DNA of 64,000 bases from positions 1,679 to 65,678 of the forward strand of contig DAIQOK010000008.1 of assembly GCA_036787895.1 (NCBI GenBank). Direction: 5' to 3'. This document shows positions 19,388-29,526 of this stretch, piece after piece. Both the position numbers and the translations under genes were made by a program. A model generated the notes under the pieces. It was given only the letters and a program-made list of their open reading frames with translations. It was not told where the DNA came from and ran no database searches. Position 1 is the stretch's first letter. The number at the start of each line of letters is the position of its first letter. Origin of the DNA: Bacteroidota bacterium. GTDB lineage: Bacteria; Bacteroidota; Bacteroidia; UBA7662.

Positions 19388-21361
19388 ATGGTATTCGACC
19401 GTAAAAATTACACCGACGAGCAATTGCGTCAACTTTATCGTGGTTTGTTGTTGCCACGCATGATTGAAGAAAAAATGTTGGTGCTGCTGCGTCAGGGCAA
19501 GGTAAGCAAATGGTTTTCTGGCATCGGCCAGGAAGCCATAGCTGTAGGTGCTACCCTGGCACTTCATCCCGATGAGTATATCATGCCATTACACCGCAAT
19601 CTGGGTGTTTTTACCGGTCGTGGTATGGATTTAGGGCAGTTATTCGCACAGTTTCAGGGCAAATTCAAAGGTTTTTCCAAAGGCCGGGAACGTTCTTTCC
19701 ATTTCGGAAGTAATCCGCACCACATTGTTGGTATGATTTCTCATCTTGGGCCCCAGATGGCCATAGCCGATGGCATTGCCTTGGCGCATAAAATCCAGGG
19801 AGAACCAAAGATTAGTCTGACTTTCAGCGGAGATGGCGGCAGTTCAGAGGGTGACTTTCACGAAGCATTGAATGTAGCTGCTGTATGGGAATTGCCGGTT
19901 ATTTTTTTGATAGAAAATAATGGCTATGGTCTTTCTACCCCATCAAATGAACAGTTTCGTTGCAAACAGTTTATTGATAAAGGTATTGGTTATGGCATGG
20001 AGGCGGTGCAAATAGATGGCAACAATATTTTGGAAGTATATGACACAGTGAGCAAATTGGCCCAATCCATGCGCGAAAATCCGCGTCCGGTGTTGCTCGA
20101 ATGTATCACTTTCCGCATGCGTGGGCACGAAGAAGCCTCTGGAACCAAATATGTTCCACAAGAATTGTTCGACCTCTGGGGCAAAAAGGATCCGGTTGAA
20201 AATTACGAGAAATACCTCCGTGAAAATCAGCTTATCGACGATGCCTATGTGGCCGAAGCCCGTAAAGAATTTCAACAGCAGATTGAAGCAGGCTTAAATT
20301 TTGCCTTCAGTGAGCCTGAAATTATTCCTGATCCTGCCTACGAACTGGCAGATGTATATGCCCCATATCAGCAACAACTTACGCCGGCCAGTGGACCGCA
20401 AACGGAAAAACGGCTGGTAGATGCCATTTCAGATGGCTTACGGCAGGCCATGGAAAAGCACGATAAACTGGTGCTCATGGGACAAGATATCGCCGAATAT
20501 GGAGGCGTATTTAAAATCACCCAAGGATTCGTTGAGCAATTCGGCAAGGCCCGTGTTCGCAATACGCCGCTTTGTGAATCTGCCATTTTGGGTGCTGCTT
20601 TGGGACTTTCCATCCAGGGGCATAAAGCCATGATGGAAATGCAGTTTGCCGATTTTGTAACCGTTGGCTTTAACCAAATTGTGAATAATTTGGCGAAAAT
20701 CCATTATCGCTGGGGGCAAAATGCTGATGTGGTAGTCCGTATGCCTACCGGTGCCGGTGTGGGTGCCGGACCTTTTCATTCCCAATCGAATGAAGCCTGG
20801 TTTTTTCATACACCGGGACTGAAAATAGTTTATCCTTCAACCCCTGAAGATGCCAAAGGTTTGTTGCTTGCTGCATTTGAAGATCCTAATCCTTATCTCT
20901 ATTTTGAGCACAAAGCACTGTATCGTTCAGTAAGTGGCATGGTGCCTGATGCGTATTATACGCTACCTATTGGAAAAGCCAGGATATGTAGGGCAGGAGA
21001 GGAGGCTACCATTGTAACTTATGGGGCTCCGGTTCATTGGGCCCTGGAATTGGCACAGCATGAAGGCTACGACCTGGAAATTATAGATTTGAGGACACTT
21101 TTACCCTGGGATCAGGAGACCGTATTCGAATCGGTACGCAAAACCGGTCGGGTTATGGTTTTACATGAAGACACGCTCACAGGTGGTATAGGCGCTGAAA
21201 TTGCAGCGGAGATAGCTGAACATTGTTTTCAGTTCCTGGATGCACCTGTTGTTCGAGCCGGTGCCCTGGATACACCAGTACCATTTTCAGTGGCCCTTGA
21301 GCAGGAATTTTTGGGCAAGGAACGCTTTAAAAACAAATTAAAGTCTTTGTTGGGCTACTGA
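19388..21361 (+). CDS. Fused 2-oxoacid dehydrogenase E1 component, alpha+beta subunits (TPP-dependent)
   Basis: N-terminal E1-alpha TPP motif (GDGGSSEGDFHEALNVAAVW). C-terminal transketolase-like beta half. Single 657-aa polypeptide. Confidence 0.8.
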   Translation: MVFDRKNYTDEQLRQLYRGLLLPRMIEEKMLVLLRQGKVSKWFSGIGQEAIAVGATLALHPDEYIMPLHRNLGVFTGRGMDLGQLFAQFQGKFKGFSKGRERSFHFGSNPHHIVGMISHLGPQMAIADGIALAHKIQGEPKISLTFSGDGGSSEGDFHEALNVAAVWELPVIFLIENNGYGLSTPSNEQFRCKQFIDKGIGYGMEAVQIDGNNILEVYDTVSKLAQSMRENPRPVLLECITFRMRGHEEASGTKYVPQELFDLWGKKDPVENYEKYLRENQLIDDAYVAEARKEFQQQIEAGLNFAFSEPEIIPDPAYELADVYAPYQQQLTPASGPQTEKRLVDAISDGLRQAMEKHDKLVLMGQDIAEYGGVFKITQGFVEQFGKARVRNTPLCESAILGAALGLSIQGHKAMMEMQFADFVTVGFNQIVNNLAKIHYRWGQNADVVVRMPTGAGVGAGPFHSQSNEAWFFHTPGLKIVYPSTPEDAKGLLLAAFEDPNPYLYFEHKALYRSVSGMVPDAYYTLPIGKARICRAGEEATIVTYGAPVHWALELAQHEGYDLEIIDLRTLLPWDQETVFESVRKTGRVMVLHEDTLTGGIGAEIAAEIAEHCFQFLDAPVVRAGALDTPVPFSVALEQEFLGKERFKNKLKSLLGY

Positions 21362-21409
21362 TTTTAGGCTGGTTTCCATAAATTAGCGAGATAAACTGTT
21401 TCTCGACCG

Positions 21410-24400
21410 ATGGTAAAACGTCTATGTTCGCTTGTTCTTTTGCTTTTCTGTACCTTTTCGGTATACGCACAATTACCTCCAGGGGTGAATTTGCGCTTTT
21501 TTACAAGTTTTGAAAACCCCAATCCTTTCGACAGCATGACCGCTGCCGGTAACGGTAGCTTTAACGTAATCACCAATTTAAGCACACCATCAGGCGGGCA
21601 GTCGGTTCGTTCGAGTGTGAACGTACCTCAAACTGGTTCGACGGTTACGCTTACCTCCAATACCTTTTCTACTACCGGCCAGTTTAAGGTTTGGCTCGAT
21701 TTTAACCACATCGCCAAAATTGCGCCAGACGACTCAGCCCAGGTGCAGGTTTCAATAGATGGTGGTCCTTGGATTACTTTGGGAACAACGGCATGTATTT
21801 ATAATGGTGCTGCCTTGGCGATGCGTACAAGGAACGGATCATTTTCTGAAATTGATTACGGAACCACCTGGCGACCTGATTTTAATGGTTGGCCTGCGGT
21901 ACCAGATAGCAGCTGGTGGAAACATGAACGTTTTGATATATCCTATATCGCTGCTAACAAGGCTGATGTGCGCTTTCGATTCAGGTATACCGACCAGGGA
22001 AGCCTTGGCTTAAATAATCGTTATGGTTGGGTAATCGACAGCGTGATGGTTACCTCTGCATTTTCAGAAGTTGTGCCACCGGTAATTAACCATACAGCAC
22101 TTCTCGGGCCTATTTACGATATCGATGTGCCTATTTCTGCCAATGTTAACGATGGCCCAGGTTGTGATACCACAGGCATTCATACGGTATGGACTTTTTT
22201 CCGCATCAACAATGGCCCATTGGATTCAGTACAACTACAACGCGTAGGCACTACTTTAACCTGGAGAGACTCAATCAAACGTCCACAGGTCGCAGATGGA
22301 GATACAGTTTGTTATTTCCTGCGAGCCATCGACTCTTCTCCCAATCGTAATATTCGCTATTTCCCCAATCAAACCAACCCGGGCGACAGTTGCTTGACAT
22401 TTATTACCTCAGGCGTACCAATACTGACCCATGCTAACCCTATTTTGGGCTGGCAGTTTTCGGCAGGACCATTTCAAATTAATGCGGTATCGCGAGATGC
22501 CTCTGGTATCGATTCCGTAATACTGTACTACAGATTAAATCGAGGGCCATGGCAAATCAAAAAGATGGTTCAGCAAGGCACAACCAATAACTACCGCGAC
22601 TCTATTTTTGTGGTAGATGGTGATACAGTAGATTATTATCTTGAAGCTGTCGACCTGAGTGCCCGTCGTTTCCGCACACGCATACCGGACACGGCCTGGA
22701 CTTTCATCGCCTCTGGTCCGCCTACTATTCAGTGGCCTAGTACTTTTGCAGAAGGAACCATTTTCCTGGGAGGAGTTTATAATCTGGGACCATTTAATAT
22801 TCCGGTTAGACTCACCGACGGTAGTGGCATTGATACGGCCTACTTGTTTTACAGGATAAACAATGGACCTGTCGATTCAGTAGGTATGACACGTCTTTCC
22901 GGAGGTGGCTTTGTAAACTGGACCGGTACTGTACCGGCAGTTTCGGATAGCGATACCATTTGTTATTATGTGCGTGCCTTTGATGCTTCCGTTCGAAGCA
23001 ATACAGAGATAAGCCCATCAACAGGCTGTCGCACTTTTGTGGCTTTATCAGGTATAGTCCCTAATTATGTCGATAATTTTGAGGGCATACCGCTTTGGAA
23101 TGCGCAGTTGGGAAATCCAAGTAGTCCTGGTGGTTGGGTTTTAGGATCTCCGAATAAATCAACCATTAATGCTCCACGAAGCGGGGCTAATTCTTGGGTA
23201 GTTGGTCCGTTGAATGCAGATTACCCGGCAAATGCTTTTTATTATTTGGAATCGCCGGTTTTTGATTTTTCAACTGTAACTGATCCTACATTATCTTTTT
23301 GGATGTGGCGTGATATTTCAGATGTGTTTAATGGTGGCGATGCTTTATGGATTGAGTTTACTGATAGCGTTTCAAATCCACAATGGACTAAACTTACAGA
23401 TGTTCCGTTTGGTATTGTAGCTAATTGGTTCAATAAAACAGGGACTATTTTCGGACAGACTGGAGGTTATTGGGATGGAACTTCTTCAGGTTATATGAAG
23501 AGTGAAATTCGTCTGACTCATCCACGCTTCCAGAATACACCGAAAAAAATACGCTTCCGCTTTGTATTTAGGTCGACGCCTTCAATTCAAGCCAATGGTG
23601 TTGCCATCGATGATATTAGTATAACACGGCCGATACAGGTCGATGTAAATGTGCTCGGGGTAGTCAATGCCAATGGTCAGCCTTTTGCCGGTACACAAGT
23701 TATTTCCGGTGATAGGTTCAATTTCGGAGTAATCATGCGGAACTTCGGCCAAATTCCGTTGGATACAGTTGATGTAGTTTGGGAACTCAATAACGTCAAG
23801 GACACAACACGCGTAGTCTTTAATCCACCATTGGCTGTAAATGGAACTTCTACCGCTCGTATGTTGGATACAGTGCGTGCTGGGACTATTGATTGTTGGT
23901 CGGACATACGGGTATATGCCATTCATCCACTCGATGGTAACCGTTTAAATGATACTACCTACAGTACTGTTTATGGTATTCCTATCAAACGTTTTCCATA
24001 TCTCGATAATTTTGATTCAACAGCGGCCTGTAATTGGTTACCTGTGGCTATAGGAAATAATAATATGCCATGGCAATTGGGAACCCCTGCAAAAGTCAAT
24101 ATTAACAGTGCCTTTTCAGCTCCCAATGCATGGGTAACCAACCTAACGGGCAATCCTCCCGGTAATGCCCAGGGTTATCTGTATTCGCCATTATTCGATT
24201 TCAGCAGTTCAGTGAACGGTTTGCTCTCCGTTCGTTTGAACCGTCGTTTCGGCACTGGATCAGGATTGCGGATTTCCTATGCCGATGAAAATTTCACCAA
24301 TTTCTGGCAAACTTTGGGTGTGCTTAACGATCCGAACCCTAATTCCAGCAACTGGTACAATAGCACCGTAGCGATTGCTGCACAAAATGGCCCTGCCTTC

Positions 24401-27046
24401 AGCGGTATTAGCACTGGTTATTCGGAACATATTGTTGAGTTGCCTGCAGCCTTTAATTATCGGTCAAATCGGGTAAGGTTCAGGGTAGAATTCGGATCAA
24501 TCAGCTCGATTAACGAAGGAGTAGCCATGGATAATTTTCGAATCTACTCGCCACCTGCAGTTGATGTGAATTTGTTAAGCATAAGCCGCCCCGTTGCCTG
24601 TCCCGACAGCTTAAAAGCCACCGATACCATTCAGGTATTGGTGAAAAACTCCGGTACAGATACTTTACGCGGGGTGAGATTAAACTATCGTTTTGTGCAT
24701 CTTGCTACCGGAGCAATTGTGAATGGTGTCATATATAACGCACCGGATACCATCCTGCCGGCTGCTACGCGAACCATACAACTTCCGGGCTTCCCTTCGC
24801 CTCCTGCACCTTATGGTGACTATACCTTGCAGGTATTTGCTCAACAACCCGGTGATGGCCGACCACAAAACGATACCTTGACGCGCTGTGTGAAAACTAT
24901 CCCACCGGTAGACTTAATTATGGGAAGTGTATTGGCTCCTCTTCCTACGCTTTGTTACCCAGCAGGTTTTGTAACGGTGAAGTTTGTGGTTCGTAATATC
25001 GGTCACAGCGCAACTACCACCTACAATGCTTATTATAAGCTGGATACGCTTCCTCATGTCATGGAAGTCATAAACCGGTCGATTCCACCCAATGGTCGCG
25101 ATACCGTAGAAATGACTATTCCACTTCGTATTCCAATTGGACCTGCAGGTTTGCGTATTTACGTTAATTCCAGCCTGGATGTTAGAAACTTCAACGACAG
25201 TGCTTCCGTGGCCTTAGAAGGTTTGATTCCTTACGATTTGCCATATCGGGAGACCTTCGAATCATTCCCGGCAGGTCAGCAACCACCCTATTGTTTCCAG
25301 ACCTTCTCTAACAGCGCAGGTTCGCAATTGGGCTTGGTACAAATTCTCAACAACGTACAATCACCAAGCAATACCTCAGGTAAGGTTGTACTGATGGGTA
25401 CCCTCTCTGCGGGTGCTACAGCCTGGACAGCTACAACCAATCCATGGGATCCGAACTATCAGCCGTTGTTTTTGACACGTATGGTATTGCCGGTAATAAC
25501 GTCTGCTCGTCCGAATATCCATATTCGTTTCAAACTTCTGCAGATTGCCGGTGCCGGAAATACGTTCTCTTTCCTCCGTGTATTGGCCAATGGCGTAGAG
25601 GTTCAACGTTACCAACCTGCGGGTGCAACACCACCGACCAATCCATTCCAAACGCATGACCTGGATTTGAGTTCATATTATACGCCTGGCCAACCGTTGA
25701 TAATAGAGTTTCAGTCGAAATGCCGCTTTGCCTTCCTGCAAACAGGTAATAACAGAAATGGTAACCTGCTTGATGATATCACTATCTATCATTCGGTACC
25801 TAATTCTGCCAATGTAGAAGAGGTATCTTATACGCCTCCTTTCCCAACAGCAAATACAGCGGTTACGGTACGGGCGAAAATCAGGAATACCGGACAATCG
25901 GTATTGAATTCGGTAACTGTAGTTGCTGATGTGAATGGCTCAGCGCTGCAGGCGGTGAATTTCCAGCCTGGTCTGGCCTTCTTGCAGGATTCTGTACTCA
26001 GCTTTACGACCACTTTCCAGCCTTTGGTTGGCTCCAATGCTGTTTGTGTAACCTCATCCCAACCGAACGGTCAGCCCGACGCCTATCCGCTGGATGATAC
26101 CGCTTGCGTCAATGCGATAGGTTTTGATGTGATTAGTAATTTCCCGTATTGTAACGACTTTGACCAGGGGCAACCGGCCTGGCTAACACTTAATCCGTTT
26201 ACTTTAAGAGCTAGTCAAAGTACCTGGGTATTTGGTAACCCACAAAAAGGGCATATTAATGGTGCTGCCAGTGGAACCAATGCCTGGTATATTGGCGCCG
26301 ATAGTGTGTATGGTGAGCTCGAGAATTCGGCATTATATACGCCTATTTTCGATTTGCAGGGAGATAGCTGCTACCAAATTGAGTTCTCCAGCAAATGGTT
26401 GACCGACTTCTTTAACAACGACACAACCGACGCACCTTTAAGTGGCGATGGCGGAACGGTAGAATACTCGACCAATGGTGGTGCCGATTGGGATTACCTC
26501 GGCGGTATCGATTCTATCAGCTGGTATGTAAGTTATATACAAGCCATGCTGGTACAGGGAAGTGTACCTTTCTTGCCCGGACTAGGCTGGTCGGGACGTT
26601 CCCCAGACACTTATACCCGTTTATCACACCCATTTAATCCGGATGTAGCTAAGCAAGTACTGTTCCGCTTCCGATTTGCTTCCGACAATGGATTTAATGG
26701 AGAAGGCTGGTCGATAGACGACTTCTGTTTTGTCAAAATCAGCGGCAGTTGTTTGCCCACCTCTGTTCAGGAAGCCTTTAAAGCTGGTTTCGATTTGCGA
26801 CAGAATTATCCGAATCCATTTGATCGTACGACTACAATCGACTACAAAATTCCGGCTGCCGGTAAAGTCGACATCACCATCCGTGATATGGTGGGCCGAA
26901 TAGTAGCTCGTTATCCGCAAGGAATACAGCTCGAAGGGGAGTACAGCACCGAAATCGATTTAGGGAATCTGAATGGTGGGGTTTACTTCTACACCGTCAG
27001 CTTTGGTGGTGAGCAGCTTACCAAAAAGATGATTATCAGCAAATAA
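21410..27046 (+). CDS. Giant secreted repeat protein (1878 aa) with T9SS C-terminal sorting domain; adhesin-like
   Basis: Signal peptide. Three ~110-aa tandem repeats sharing DxSGIDxxxLxYRxNxGP and DGDTVxYxLxAxD motifs. Three diverged MAM-like modules begin near nt 23080, 24010 and 26150. The CTD runs from about 26800 to 27043 (QNYPNPFDRTTTIDY...GVYFYTV). Confidence 0.8.
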   Translation: MVKRLCSLVLLLFCTFSVYAQLPPGVNLRFFTSFENPNPFDSMTAAGNGSFNVITNLSTPSGGQSVRSSVNVPQTGSTVTLTSNTFSTTGQFKVWLDFNHIAKIAPDDSAQVQVSIDGGPWITLGTTACIYNGAALAMRTRNGSFSEIDYGTTWRPDFNGWPAVPDSSWWKHERFDISYIAANKADVRFRFRYTDQGSLGLNNRYGWVIDSVMVTSAFSEVVPPVINHTALLGPIYDIDVPISANVNDGPGCDTTGIHTVWTFFRINNGPLDSVQLQRVGTTLTWRDSIKRPQVADGDTVCYFLRAIDSSPNRNIRYFPNQTNPGDSCLTFITSGVPILTHANPILGWQFSAGPFQINAVSRDASGIDSVILYYRLNRGPWQIKKMVQQGTTNNYRDSIFVVDGDTVDYYLEAVDLSARRFRTRIPDTAWTFIASGPPTIQWPSTFAEGTIFLGGVYNLGPFNIPVRLTDGSGIDTAYLFYRINNGPVDSVGMTRLSGGGFVNWTGTVPAVSDSDTICYYVRAFDASVRSNTEISPSTGCRTFVALSGIVPNYVDNFEGIPLWNAQLGNPSSPGGWVLGSPNKSTINAPRSGANSWVVGPLNADYPANAFYYLESPVFDFSTVTDPTLSFWMWRDISDVFNGGDALWIEFTDSVSNPQWTKLTDVPFGIVANWFNKTGTIFGQTGGYWDGTSSGYMKSEIRLTHPRFQNTPKKIRFRFVFRSTPSIQANGVAIDDISITRPIQVDVNVLGVVNANGQPFAGTQVISGDRFNFGVIMRNFGQIPLDTVDVVWELNNVKDTTRVVFNPPLAVNGTSTARMLDTVRAGTIDCWSDIRVYAIHPLDGNRLNDTTYSTVYGIPIKRFPYLDNFDSTAACNWLPVAIGNNNMPWQLGTPAKVNINSAFSAPNAWVTNLTGNPPGNAQGYLYSPLFDFSSSVNGLLSVRLNRRFGTGSGLRISYADENFTNFWQTLGVLNDPNPNSSNWYNSTVAIAAQNGPAFSGISTGYSEHIVELPAAFNYRSNRVRFRVEFGSISSINEGVAMDNFRIYSPPAVDVNLLSISRPVACPDSLKATDTIQVLVKNSGTDTLRGVRLNYRFVHLATGAIVNGVIYNAPDTILPAATRTIQLPGFPSPPAPYGDYTLQVFAQQPGDGRPQNDTLTRCVKTIPPVDLIMGSVLAPLPTLCYPAGFVTVKFVVRNIGHSATTTYNAYYKLDTLPHVMEVINRSIPPNGRDTVEMTIPLRIPIGPAGLRIYVNSSLDVRNFNDSASVALEGLIPYDLPYRETFESFPAGQQPPYCFQTFSNSAGSQLGLVQILNNVQSPSNTSGKVVLMGTLSAGATAWTATTNPWDPNYQPLFLTRMVLPVITSARPNIHIRFKLLQIAGAGNTFSFLRVLANGVEVQRYQPAGATPPTNPFQTHDLDLSSYYTPGQPLIIEFQSKCRFAFLQTGNNRNGNLLDDITIYHSVPNSANVEEVSYTPPFPTANTAVTVRAKIRNTGQSVLNSVTVVADVNGSALQAVNFQPGLAFLQDSVLSFTTTFQPLVGSNAVCVTSSQPNGQPDAYPLDDTACVNAIGFDVISNFPYCNDFDQGQPAWLTLNPFTLRASQSTWVFGNPQKGHINGAASGTNAWYIGADSVYGELENSALYTPIFDLQGDSCYQIEFSSKWLTDFFNNDTTDAPLSGDGGTVEYSTNGGADWDYLGGIDSISWYVSYIQAMLVQGSVPFLPGLGWSGRSPDTYTRLSHPFNPDVAKQVLFRFRFASDNGFNGEGWSIDDFCFVKISGSCLPTSVQEAFKAGFDLRQNYPNPFDRTTTIDYKIPAAGKVDITIRDMVGRIVARYPQGIQLEGEYSTEIDLGNLNGGVYFYTVSFGGEQLTKKMIISK

Positions 27047-27065
27047 TTAAAGTTTAAAAAGAGAT

Positions 27066-27096
27066 AAGGCCCTGATTTCAGGGCCTTATTTTTTTC
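27066..27096 (+). terminator. Rho-independent terminator after the giant T9SS cargo gene
   Basis: AAGGCCCTGA/TCAGGGCCTT perfect hairpin followed by TTTTTTT. Confidence 0.6.
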
Positions 27097-27125
27097 ATTT
27101 ACTTTTCTTTTTCAGATAGAAAAGC

Positions 27126-27133
27126 TATATTTG
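27126..27133 (+). promoter_or_regulatory. Candidate -7 box TATATTTG for rpmE2
   Basis: Matches TAnnTTTG 24 nt upstream of the L31 start. Confidence 0.3.
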
Positions 27134-27156
27134 CCATCCATTTGAAAAGCAATACC

Positions 27157-27405
27157 ATGAAAAAGGGCATCCATCCAGACAATTACCGCGAGGTTGTATT
27201 TAAAGATATTTCTTGTGACTACGGCTTTGTGACCCGTTCTACCATCGATACCAAAGACACTATCGTATGGGAAGATGGCAAAGAATATCCTTTGGTAAAG
27301 CTGGAGATTTCACACAAATCACATCCATTCTATACCGGTAAGCAGATGTTAATCGACACAGCCGGTCGTGTTGATAAATTCAACCAGCGTTACAAAAAGA
27401 AATAA
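27157..27405 (+). CDS. rpmE2: 50S ribosomal protein L31, type B (non-zinc form)
   Basis: [14 protein letters not shown]-terminus. Lacks the CxxC pairs of type A. Confidence 0.85.
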   Translation: MKKGIHPDNYREVVFKDISCDYGFVTRSTIDTKDTIVWEDGKEYPLVKLEISHKSHPFYTGKQMLIDTAGRVDKFNQRYKKK

Positions 27406-27426
27406 ACTACCCAGTCTAAGCATACT

Positions 27427-27456
27427 AAGCTGCCCCGAAAGAGGCAGCTTTTTTAT
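27427..27456 (+). terminator. Rho-independent terminator after rpmE2
   Basis: AAGCTGCC-CCGAAAGA-GGCAGCTT hairpin followed by a T-run. Confidence 0.6.
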
Positions 27457-27546
27457 TTCGAGAGCTTTTGCAGAGAAATCGAAAGCTATCATCTTTTCTC
27501 CTACGATTTTGGATTTGACTCCAGTGATAAGCCCTATTTTTACAGC

Positions 27547-28815
27547 ATGAAGTATTTGATTTTATTGCTTTCGCTGCTGAGCAGTTCTGTTCAAGCCCAG
27601 ATTACCGACACAGTCCGGGTTATGAGTTACAATTTGTTGTACTATGGGGTGAATACCAATTTTTGCACCACAGCCAATAATAACGTCAATACCAAAAACG
27701 GGCATTTCCAAACTATTTTTCAGCATAGCCAGCCTGATGTAATAGGTGTGCAGGAAATGGGTGGTGTTTCATCGTCGGTTGGGTTTTTACAGAATGTTTT
27801 GAATACGAATGGCATAACAAGCTGGAGCAGGGCGCCTTATACCAATACCAATAGTTCTAACTTGGTTTCCTTGTTGTACTTCAATACATCTAAGTTGGGA
27901 TTTGATTCGCATTTTCCTATTACTACCGTAGGCAGGGATATCATTTTGTATCGTTTGTATCACAAAAATATCCAGCCGCAAAACGATACCATTTTCATCT
28001 ATTTTGCGGTCATGCACCTCAAAGCCGGCAGTACAGCCAGCGATCAGGCACAACGTGGTCAGGAGGCCCAGCAATTAATGAATTTCCTGGCGAATATGGA
28101 TTTCAGAGGAAATCTGGTAATTATGGGCGACTTTAATGTGGCCAGCTCTTCGGAGGCAGCTTATCAGCAATTTATCACAGCTTCAAACCTGAATACACGC
28201 TTGTACGACCCGGTGAGTCGGCCAGGTAATTGGGCCAACAACAGCAGTTTTGCGGATTTGCACACCCAAGCACCAACCATCACCAATAACGGATGTACGT
28301 CAGGTGGAGGAATGGACGATCGATTTGATCATGTTATGATTAACAGCGCTGTCAGGGATGACTCGGCTCGGGTACAATATGTGCCAGGTTCCTATTTGGT
28401 CGTTGGTAACGATGGTATTCGCTTTAATGGCGCGGTGAACTCGCCCAGTAATCAACAGGTACCACCCGCCGTGGCCAATGCTCTGGCGGCTGCGTCCGAT
28501 CATTTGCCGGTGGTGATTAAACTGGCTGTTCGTCTCGATAGCGCGGTGAGTGTTCAAAAATTATCCCGGCCGGTGTTGGGCTACAGTAGTGTGAATCAGG
28601 ATCAAATGGCCATTTGGATTGAAACCGTCGTGCCGCAAATCATTAGCCTTCAAATCAGAAATTTAGCAGGTCATGTGGTGGCTTCTCATCAATTTGAAGT
28701 GAGTAACCAATTGAAAACAGATATTTCCTTGCAGCAGTTGCCTCAGGGCATGTATTTACTGGATTGGAAAGATGAAAAGGGCAGGCTGAGTGCAGGTAAA
28801 ATAATCAAGCAGTAG
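27547..28815 (+). CDS. Secreted endonuclease/exonuclease/phosphatase (EEP) family protein with T9SS C-terminal sorting domain
   Basis: Signal peptide. EEP motifs (VMSYNLLYYG, GDFNVASSSE, SDHLPV). The last ~85 aa resemble a T9SS CTD. Confidence 0.75.
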   Translation: MKYLILLLSLLSSSVQAQITDTVRVMSYNLLYYGVNTNFCTTANNNVNTKNGHFQTIFQHSQPDVIGVQEMGGVSSSVGFLQNVLNTNGITSWSRAPYTNTNSSNLVSLLYFNTSKLGFDSHFPITTVGRDIILYRLYHKNIQPQNDTIFIYFAVMHLKAGSTASDQAQRGQEAQQLMNFLANMDFRGNLVIMGDFNVASSSEAAYQQFITASNLNTRLYDPVSRPGNWANNSSFADLHTQAPTITNNGCTSGGGMDDRFDHVMINSAVRDDSARVQYVPGSYLVVGNDGIRFNGAVNSPSNQQVPPAVANALAAASDHLPVVIKLAVRLDSAVSVQKLSRPVLGYSSVNQDQMAIWIETVVPQIISLQIRNLAGHVVASHQFEVSNQLKTDISLQQLPQGMYLLDWKDEKGRLSAGKIIKQ

Positions 28816-29440
28816 TTCGCGGCTGAATCTCCGGAGGATTGGCGGCATAGGTCAAGTTACATTGCGCTATGAATTGCAGGATTTCTTCCTTGCCTCGCTC
28901 AGTTACAGTAGAGCTGAGGTGAAAAGCAGGCAGGTCGTCCCAATGTTCGAGCATGGCCTTTTTATAGGCAGCCACGTTCGACTGTATGGTTGCGCCACCT
29001 AATTTGTCGGTTTTTGTAACCACCACCACGAAGGGAACACCGTATTCACCCAGTTTGTTGGCAAATTCCAAATCGTTGGCTTGGGGTGATAATCGGCCAT
29101 CAATTAATTGAAATACACAAACGAGGTTCTCCCTTTTGGTGAAATAATGCCGTATCATCTTTTCCCAGTCCTCTCTTTTGCCTTTCGATACTTTGGCATA
29201 ACCGTAGCCTGGCAAATCCACCAAATACCATTGTTCGTTGATGATAAAGTGATTAATAAGCTGGGTTTTACCGGGTTTGGCCGAGGTTTTCGCTAGACTT
29301 TTCTGACCGGTAAGCATATTGATTAAAGAAGATTTACCCACATTCGAGCGGCCAATGAAGGCATATTCCGGCTTGTTGGGGGCCGGCAGTTCACTCATTT
29401 TGGCACTGCTTTTCTCGAAACGACAACTCTTAATCTTCAT
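28805..29440 (-). CDS. engB: Ribosome biogenesis GTP-binding protein YsxC/EngB
   Basis: G1 GRSNVGKSS, G3 DLPGYG, G4 TKTD. I start at the internal Met MKIKS. The longer track ORF would overlap ubiE and adds a non-conserved 39-aa extension. Confidence 0.85.
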   Translation of the reverse strand: MKIKSCRFEKSSAKMSELPAPNKPEYAFIGRSNVGKSSLINMLTGQKSLAKTSAKPGKTQLINHFIINEQWYLVDLPGYGYAKVSKGKREDWEKMIRHYFTKRENLVCVFQLIDGRLSPQANDLEFANKLGEYGVPFVVVVTKTDKLGGATIQSNVAAYKKAMLEHWDDLPAFHLSSTVTERGKEEILQFIAQCNLTYAANPPEIQPRTTA

Positions 29441-29526
29441 GACGCAAAGATACATTAAAAACAAGGCAAGGCTGGCACGAAACAAAGGGCCGTTGGCATT
29501 GTCTATATTTGCAACAAATTCAGCAA

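Noticed and set aside
19001-19567. 188-aa minus-strand ORF spanning the lutB-like/E1 junction
   Set aside because: Overlaps two confidently called genes on the opposite strand. No features.
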